DNA of 64,000 nucleotides from Propionibacteriaceae bacterium (GTDB lineage Bacteria; Actinomycetota; Actinomycetes; Propionibacteriales; Propionibacteriaceae): NCBI GenBank assembly GCA_030532825.1, contig JAUNKK010000006.1, positions 6,938 to 70,937 of the forward strand, read 5' to 3'. Shown piece by piece: positions 58,902 to 64,000 of this stretch (position 1 is its first letter; each line of letters starts with the position of its first letter). The notes under the pieces were generated by a model. It saw only the letters and a program-made list of their open reading frames with translations, ran no database searches and was not told where the DNA came from. The position numbers and the translations under genes were made by a program.

Positions 58902-60062
58902 GTGAAGATCCGAGTGGAACGCGACGCTCTGGCTGACGCCGTTGCCTGGGTGGCCCGTAGCCTCCCGAACCGTCCCACCGCCCCGATCCTGGCGGGTCTG
59001 CTCATCAACGCCGCAGGTGACGAGGTCACGCTCTCTAGTTTCGATTCCACCACGTCCGCGCAGGTGACGATGCCCGCTGAGGTCACCGATGAGGGCACCG
59101 TCTTGGTGTCGGGGCGGCTGCTGAACGAGATCGCGCGCTCGCTGCCGAATAAGCCCGTCGATATGGTCGCCGACCACACGCAGGTCGAGTTGACGTGCGG
59201 GTCGGCGCGGTTCAGCCTGCAAACCCTCCCTGTTGACGAGTACCCGACGCTGCCGGAGATGCCCACTCAGACAGGCTTGGTCGATGCGAACGTGTTCGAG
59301 AAGGCCGTGAGCCAGGTGGTGATCGCCGCCGGCCGCGACGAACTGCTGAATGTGTTCACGGGGGTGCGCGTCGAGATCAACGGCGACCAGCTGTCGCTGC
59401 TGGCCACCGACCGCTACCGAATGGCCTTGAAGGAGCTGACCTGGCAGCCGTCGTCGCCCGACATTGAGGGTGCGGTGCTGGTGCCGGGTCGCGTGCTGGC
59501 CGACACCGCCAAGTCGCTGACCTCCGGTAAGACCGTCACCGTGTCCTTGTCCACCACCGAGTCGGAGGGCGAGGGGCTCGCCGGGTTTATCGGCGAGGGC
59601 TCCCGTGGCCGACGCGAGGCCACCACCCGGCTGCTGAACCAGGCGTTCCCGAAGGTCCGGCACCTGATGGATGTCGTCGGAACGGTGACGGTGCGCGTCC
59701 CCACGGCTGACCTGCTGGCCGCGGTGAAGCGCGTGTCCCTCGTCGCGGAGCGCAACACGCCGGTGCGCATGATCATTGAGGACGACCACATCGCCCTTGA
59801 GGCCGCGACGGGCGACCAGGCCCACGCTTCCGAGGCCATTGAGGCGCAGGTCGAGGTCGTCGGCGATGAGAAATCCATCGACGCCGCGGGCTTCAACCCG
59901 CACTACCTGCTGGATGCCCTCGGCGCCGTCGACGCCCCCTATGCGCACTTCTCCTTCACGGCACCCGGCAAGCCGTGCCTAATCACCGGTCTGGCGACTA
60001 TCGACGGCGACCAGCTGCTCGACTACCGTCACGTCATCATGCTGATGCGCCTGCCTAGCTGA
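58902..60062 (+). CDS. dnaN: DNA polymerase III beta sliding clamp
   Basis: GTG start 'VKIRVERDALADAVAWVARSLP' with GAAGGGGA RBS (alternative upstream ATG 58848). Three clamp domains. 386 aa. Confidence 0.9.
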   Translation: MKIRVERDALADAVAWVARSLPNRPTAPILAGLLINAAGDEVTLSSFDSTTSAQVTMPAEVTDEGTVLVSGRLLNEIARSLPNKPVDMVADHTQVELTCGSARFSLQTLPVDEYPTLPEMPTQTGLVDANVFEKAVSQVVIAAGRDELLNVFTGVRVEINGDQLSLLATDRYRMALKELTWQPSSPDIEGAVLVPGRVLADTAKSLTSGKTVTVSLSTTESEGEGLAGFIGEGSRGRREATTRLLNQAFPKVRHLMDVVGTVTVRVPTADLLAAVKRVSLVAERNTPVRMIIEDDHIALEAATGDQAHASEAIEAQVEVVGDEKSIDAAGFNPHYLLDALGAVDAPYAHFSFTAPGKPCLITGLATIDGDQLLDYRHVIMLMRLPS

Positions 60063-60305
60063 CCCGTTTCCGCTGGTCTGACCGCCACGTGCCGCCTACC
60101 CGACCTGGGCACATCCAGCCAGCCAGGGACTAGTGTCGGGTGCCCGAGGTCCTTCGACATGTGCGGGTTCCGAGGTGGATGCATCTGGGGCCGACGAGCG
60201 AAGTGCTACTTGGCAGTGACGCGGGTCGAGGACAACGCCGTGAGGCGCCGCCAGGACACGCAACCACTCAGGAATCCCAGACGCACGGCACTAGGATCGG
60301 TCACG

Positions 60306-61523
60306 ATGTTCGTCACCTACCTGTCGGTTACCGACTTCCGCAACTATACCGCGGCCGAATTGGACCTTCTCCCGGGCGTGAACGTGTTCGTCGGGTCAAA
60401 CGGCCAGGGCAAGACGAACCTGGTGGAGGCCGTCGAGTACCTGTCGACGATGTCCTCCCACCGTGTCTCCCAGACGGCGCCCCTCATCCGGGCGGGCGCC
60501 GAGTCTGCGGTGCTTCGGGCGAAGGTGCAGGCCAGCCGCGACGATGACCGGCTCATCACGCTGGAGTTGGAGGTCGCTCATGGCCGCAGCAACACCGCCC
60601 GCCTCAACCGCGCCCCCCTGCCTCGGCCCCGCGACCTCATCGGGGCGCTGCGCACCGTCGTGTTTTCGCCCATGGACCTGGCCATCGTCCGCGGCGATCC
60701 CTCCGACCGGCGAGCCTGGCTCGACACGCTCGTCGTGACGCGTTGGCCGCGGATGGCTGGCGTCCGTTCGGATCTGGAGAAGATCCTCAAGCAGCGCAAT
60801 TCTCTTTTGAAGGCCATGTCCGGTCGTTCGACGCGCGTCGCTGCAGGCGATGAGGAGACGACGCTGCAGGCGTGGAACGAGGCGCTGGCGCGGATCGGCG
60901 CGGAGCTGCTTCACGCGCGTCTCGATACCCTGGCCGACGTTCTCCCGCACGCCGCCGAGGCCTATCAGCGCATCGCGCCCGTCAACAATGAGATCTCCGC
61001 GCACTACAAGACGTCGCTGGACCTGGCTGACATCCCCGTCGACGCGGTGCGGACCACCCTTGAGGCACGGCTGCTGGCGGCCATGGCCGAGCGGCGGCGC
61101 GACGAGATCGCTCGCGGGGTGACGCTGGTCGGGCCGCAGCGCGATGACGTTGACCTCGGCATCGGGCCCCTCCCGGCGAAGGGCTATGCCTCGCATGGCG
61201 AGTCGTGGTCGTTGGCGCTGGCATTGAAGCTGGGTGGGTTCGCGTTGGTGCGTGCCGATGGTATCGAACCGGTGCTGGTTCTTGACGATGTGTTCGCCGA
61301 GCTGGACACTTCCCGACGCGAGCGCCTAGCCGGGGCCGTCGTCGATGCCGAGCAGGTGTTGATCACCGCCGCCGTCGGCGCCGATGTGCCCGATTTCCCG
61401 TCGGCCCGGCGTTTCCGCGTGGCGGCCGGTGCCGTCACCTCAGCCGAGGACCGCGACCCCAGCGAACCGGAGTCGGCCGCTCAGGAGGAGGCGAAGGAGG
61501 TGCCGGATGACGGAGTCGCCTGA
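60306..61523 (+). CDS. recF: DNA replication and repair protein RecF
   Basis: Start 'MFVTYLSVTDFRNY', Walker A 'GSNGQGKTNLVEA', signature 'SHGESWSLALALKL', Walker B 'VLVLDDVFAELD'. 405 aa. Confidence 0.9.
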   Translation: MFVTYLSVTDFRNYTAAELDLLPGVNVFVGSNGQGKTNLVEAVEYLSTMSSHRVSQTAPLIRAGAESAVLRAKVQASRDDDRLITLELEVAHGRSNTARLNRAPLPRPRDLIGALRTVVFSPMDLAIVRGDPSDRRAWLDTLVVTRWPRMAGVRSDLEKILKQRNSLLKAMSGRSTRVAAGDEETTLQAWNEALARIGAELLHARLDTLADVLPHAAEAYQRIAPVNNEISAHYKTSLDLADIPVDAVRTTLEARLLAAMAERRRDEIARGVTLVGPQRDDVDLGIGPLPAKGYASHGESWSLALALKLGGFALVRADGIEPVLVLDDVFAELDTSRRERLAGAVVDAEQVLITAAVGADVPDFPSARRFRVAAGAVTSAEDRDPSEPESAAQEEAKEVPDDGVA

Positions 61524-62052
61524 CCTGAACAGCCCGGACGAACCCTACGATCCGACGGGCCTGGACTTGGCCTCGGAGATCGCCCACCAGACGGCCCGGA
61601 CGGCGCCGCTCCTACCACACCCCGTCGCCCCGCCCCCGAAGGTGCCGAAACGGCGTCGTAATCCCGGCGAACAGCGCTCCGGTGCCCATCCGGACGACCG
61701 CGATCCGCAGCTGATCGGCAGCGTTCTGGAGTCGGTGTCGCGGCGCCGCGGCTGGCAGCGGCAGATTTCGCTGGCGATGGTGTTGCGTGACTGGCCGGGC
61801 CTGGTGGGTGCCGCCAACGCCGAGCACTCCACCCCGGTCGAGTTCCACGACGGGGTACTCACCATCCAATGCGACTCCACGGCGTGGGCCTCCGCCATGA
61901 AGTTCAGCGCCGGGCCGCTGGTGAAAAAACTCAACCACGCCCTAGGTGACGCGGCCATCCGGCGGGTTGAGATCCTGGGTCCGCGCGCACCCAGCTGGAA
62001 GCGGGGCCGCCGCTCCGTCCAAGGCCGCGGCCCGCGGGACACCTACGGCTGA
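61507..62052 (+). CDS. DUF721-domain protein (position and family of actinobacterial DciA/Rv0004-like protein)
   Basis: 181 aa, start overlaps the recF 3' end by 17 nt. The DUF721 core 'RRGWQRQISLAMVLRDWPGLVGAANAEHSTPVEFHDGVLTIQCDSTAWASAMKF' is present. It occupies the conserved slot after recF. Confidence 0.8.
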   Translation: MTESPDLNSPDEPYDPTGLDLASEIAHQTARTAPLLPHPVAPPPKVPKRRRNPGEQRSGAHPDDRDPQLIGSVLESVSRRRGWQRQISLAMVLRDWPGLVGAANAEHSTPVEFHDGVLTIQCDSTAWASAMKFSAGPLVKKLNHALGDAAIRRVEILGPRAPSWKRGRRSVQGRGPRDTYG

Positions 62053-62232
62053 TGGAAGCCATCGGGTGGCTGGGGCCCGCTCCCTCGGCAACCTGCCCTA
62101 TCGCGGACGGAGCGCCATGCCGGGTCGGGCTGTAGCGCGAAGATGCTCAAAGGACTGGTGTGGCCACCTCGTTCAGGTCCCTGAGGTGGCCACGCAGCTT
62201 TGGGCTAGTTGTTCTGGCCCGTTCGGTCGTCT

Positions 62233-63957
62233 TTAACGATCTATGCTCGGATCCTCGCCCGCCGCGACCTGGCCAGCATCCTCGGCGAATTCTGGATTGT
62301 CCCAGTAATCGCTGTGGCCCCCATGGTCGCTGTTGAGGTGTCGCACCCCATCAAGAGTGTGCGGGTCAGGCCCGAAGTCCCCGTCGAGTCCGAGCCCGGA
62401 GACGAAGTCCCACGTGTTGTTTGAGGTGTACACCTCACCTTCGGGGACGTTGAAGTCATGCACACTATCGGCACGTGCTCCTGGCGAGCCATACAGTGTG
62501 ATGCCGTCGAGCATGCCGGCTTTGGCAGTCATGGCTGCCGTACCCCCTGTGAGAGAACCGTAGGAGTGGCCCGTGGTGGTTATGCGGGGGTCATGGCCTT
62601 GCGTCTGATGCCAGGCGTGTATCCCCTCTTGGAAACTATTGAGGTCGGGAGCCGCCCTGTCGGCCACGTCCGTCGTCGTGATGTCAGTTTGGCTGCCGTT
62701 TGCGTCCCATTCTCCGGCGCCGGGAGGTGTATCGTAGACCCAGGCCACGACGGCGGTGTCGCCATAGCCGGCATTACTGCGCAGGGTCTCTGCGTTGTGC
62801 ATCAAGCCGCCTATCCCTCCGCGAACGGTGGTGCCGATCCCGGGTACCATGGTGGAGACGTTTTCCGCACGATCGACATCGCCCGTTGCGACGGCCGCCC
62901 GGACGTCATGCTCGCCGGAAGCATCGAGTGTGAGCAGATGGAGAGGCTCACCGTTGGCGTCGGTTTGTTCCTCGATCATTTCCTCCAGCCTGTACAAGTC
63001 CTGCAGCTTTTGGTTGGCGTGATGAATCCGATCTTTGTCACCGCTTTCAAGTGCCTCACGCTGCTCTTGTTCGGCGTCCTTGATAACCTGCCCGGGTTCC
63101 CCGCCGGCGCCATCTTCGCCCAAGAGGCGAATCCTGTTGGCTTGATCGCGCGCGCTCATCGGGATGCCGTCGAGGTTGCCGATGACGTCTGGGTGGTTGC
63201 GGATGAGTTCCTGGCGTTCGCTCTCGGTCAGGGAGTTGTACCAAGTCGACACTTCGGTGGGTGACCAGTCCTCTTCAGGCAGATCCGGGAGTCCCTGGGA
63301 GTTGTCGTAAGGCGACTCGGTGCATTCATAGGTGCCATCGGTCACGGCGTTTAGTCGTTTCGCGTAAGCTTCGTCGACTTCAACAGCGCGGTTGATGGCC
63401 TCCTCAATGAGTTTAGCCAGTGCCTGGGCTTTTTGTTTTCTTTCCATGTTTTCCACCGCGGCGCCGACCGGGCCCGCTGATGAAAGCCCGTCGATCATGC
63501 CCCCGCCCCCTAAGAGGTTTATAGCAGCTTCTGTGACGCTCGTCGATCGGAAACCTGAGAAATCGAGGCTTGGCGTGTCAATAGGGTTTGTGGGTATTTG
63601 TGCGACCCAGTGGACGCTCCCGTCGTCATTGATTGTGAGATAAGGGTACTCAGCTACGAAGTTGTGGCATTCCAGAACCTTCGTTTGTACATCCCACACG
63701 CCATCAGCTGCTTCGGATGTGGCCATCATCAGCTCGGCAACATCACCCACCGCTTTGCTGAGCCCTTCGTTGGCGCCCTGTATGGCGCTTTGCATGGCGG
63801 CCACAGCATCGCCAGTCGACTGCACTCCCTTTGAGGCGTCAGCCGATGCTCGGCAGGCTTCGAACAATGACTTTCGGGTGTTGGATAGGTTTTGGCTGGC
63901 CGAGATGAGGTTGGCCGGATCCCATTTCTCGATGTCGCTCCAGGTAACCATGTTCAT
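62233..63957 (-). CDS. Alpha/beta-hydrolase-fold protein (GHSYG nucleophile elbow) with ~250-aa N-terminal helical domain, no Sec signal; lower-GC gene in the slot normally occupied by gyrB
   Basis: 574 aa. 'TTGHSYGSLTGG' is the GxSxG serine hydrolase motif. The N-terminus 'MNMVTWSDIEKWDPANL...AMQSAIQGANEGLSKAVGDV' is helical and hydrophilic. Local GC is ~55-58%. Confidence 0.65.
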   Translation of the reverse strand: MNMVTWSDIEKWDPANLISASQNLSNTRKSLFEACRASADASKGVQSTGDAVAAMQSAIQGANEGLSKAVGDVAELMMATSEAADGVWDVQTKVLECHNFVAEYPYLTINDDGSVHWVAQIPTNPIDTPSLDFSGFRSTSVTEAAINLLGGGGMIDGLSSAGPVGAAVENMERKQKAQALAKLIEEAINRAVEVDEAYAKRLNAVTDGTYECTESPYDNSQGLPDLPEEDWSPTEVSTWYNSLTESERQELIRNHPDVIGNLDGIPMSARDQANRIRLLGEDGAGGEPGQVIKDAEQEQREALESGDKDRIHHANQKLQDLYRLEEMIEEQTDANGEPLHLLTLDASGEHDVRAAVATGDVDRAENVSTMVPGIGTTVRGGIGGLMHNAETLRSNAGYGDTAVVAWVYDTPPGAGEWDANGSQTDITTTDVADRAAPDLNSFQEGIHAWHQTQGHDPRITTTGHSYGSLTGGTAAMTAKAGMLDGITLYGSPGARADSVHDFNVPEGEVYTSNNTWDFVSGLGLDGDFGPDPHTLDGVRHLNSDHGGHSDYWDNPEFAEDAGQVAAGEDPSIDR

Positions 63958-64000
63958 CCCATCCTTGACTTTAGATCTGTACTGAGGGACCTCGTTTCGA

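Noticed and set aside
1-64000. CRISPR arrays, tRNA/rRNA genes, prophage integrase/att sites
   Set aside because: No regularly spaced short direct repeats were found other than the parS and AT-islet sets. No 16S/23S signature stretches or integrase-like ORFs were seen. tRNAs cannot be excluded without a covariance search, but none were evident near islet borders.

Overview
High-GC (about 65-70%) actinobacterial chromosome segment covering the replication-origin neighbourhood. On the right is the conserved block parB-parA ... rsmG-jag-yidC-yidD-rnpA-rpmH | dnaA-(oriC)-[ABC transporter]-dnaN-recF-DUF721. To the left are housekeeping and transport genes: a Fe-siderophore ABC importer, MFS and TerC transporters, a PBP, a rhomboid protease, gpsA, an FGGY kinase, LacI/SorC regulators, an S9 peptidase, azlCD, trxB-trxA, ddl, and flavin disulfide reductase. 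Several low-GC, apparently acquired islets interrupt this backbone. (i) At the left edge there is a radical-SAM/SPASM maturase with an N-terminal extension, next to a shattered IS30 copy. (ii) At 22.7-25.6 kb there is a four-gene module: a small helical protein, a WXG100 (ESAT-6-like) N-domain protein with an unassigned C-terminal domain, and two tandemly duplicated lipoprotein paralogs. It has the architecture of a type-VII-secretion polymorphic toxin/immunity locus and is the best candidate for a novel system. (iii) At 35.7-37.6 kb there is a translationally coupled cassette: secreted Cys protein, lipoprotein, cytoplasmic protein. (iv) At the right edge an alpha/beta-hydrolase sits where gyrB is expected. 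The most unusual structure is a ~9.7 kb stretch between parA and rsmG (40.0-49.8 kb) that lacks any credible ORF. It carries seven identical 16-bp parS palindromes (CGTTTCACGTGAAACG) plus one Bacillus-type variant, and three related AT-rich islets sharing TATATATCGATA. oriC (dense DnaA boxes plus an AT-rich stretch) lies immediately downstream of dnaA, but dnaN is displaced ~4 kb by an ABC transporter pair. Gene coordinates follow the ORF track; refined starts were checked for frame. parS and DnaA-box positions were read from the sequence and are accurate to about +/-1 bp.
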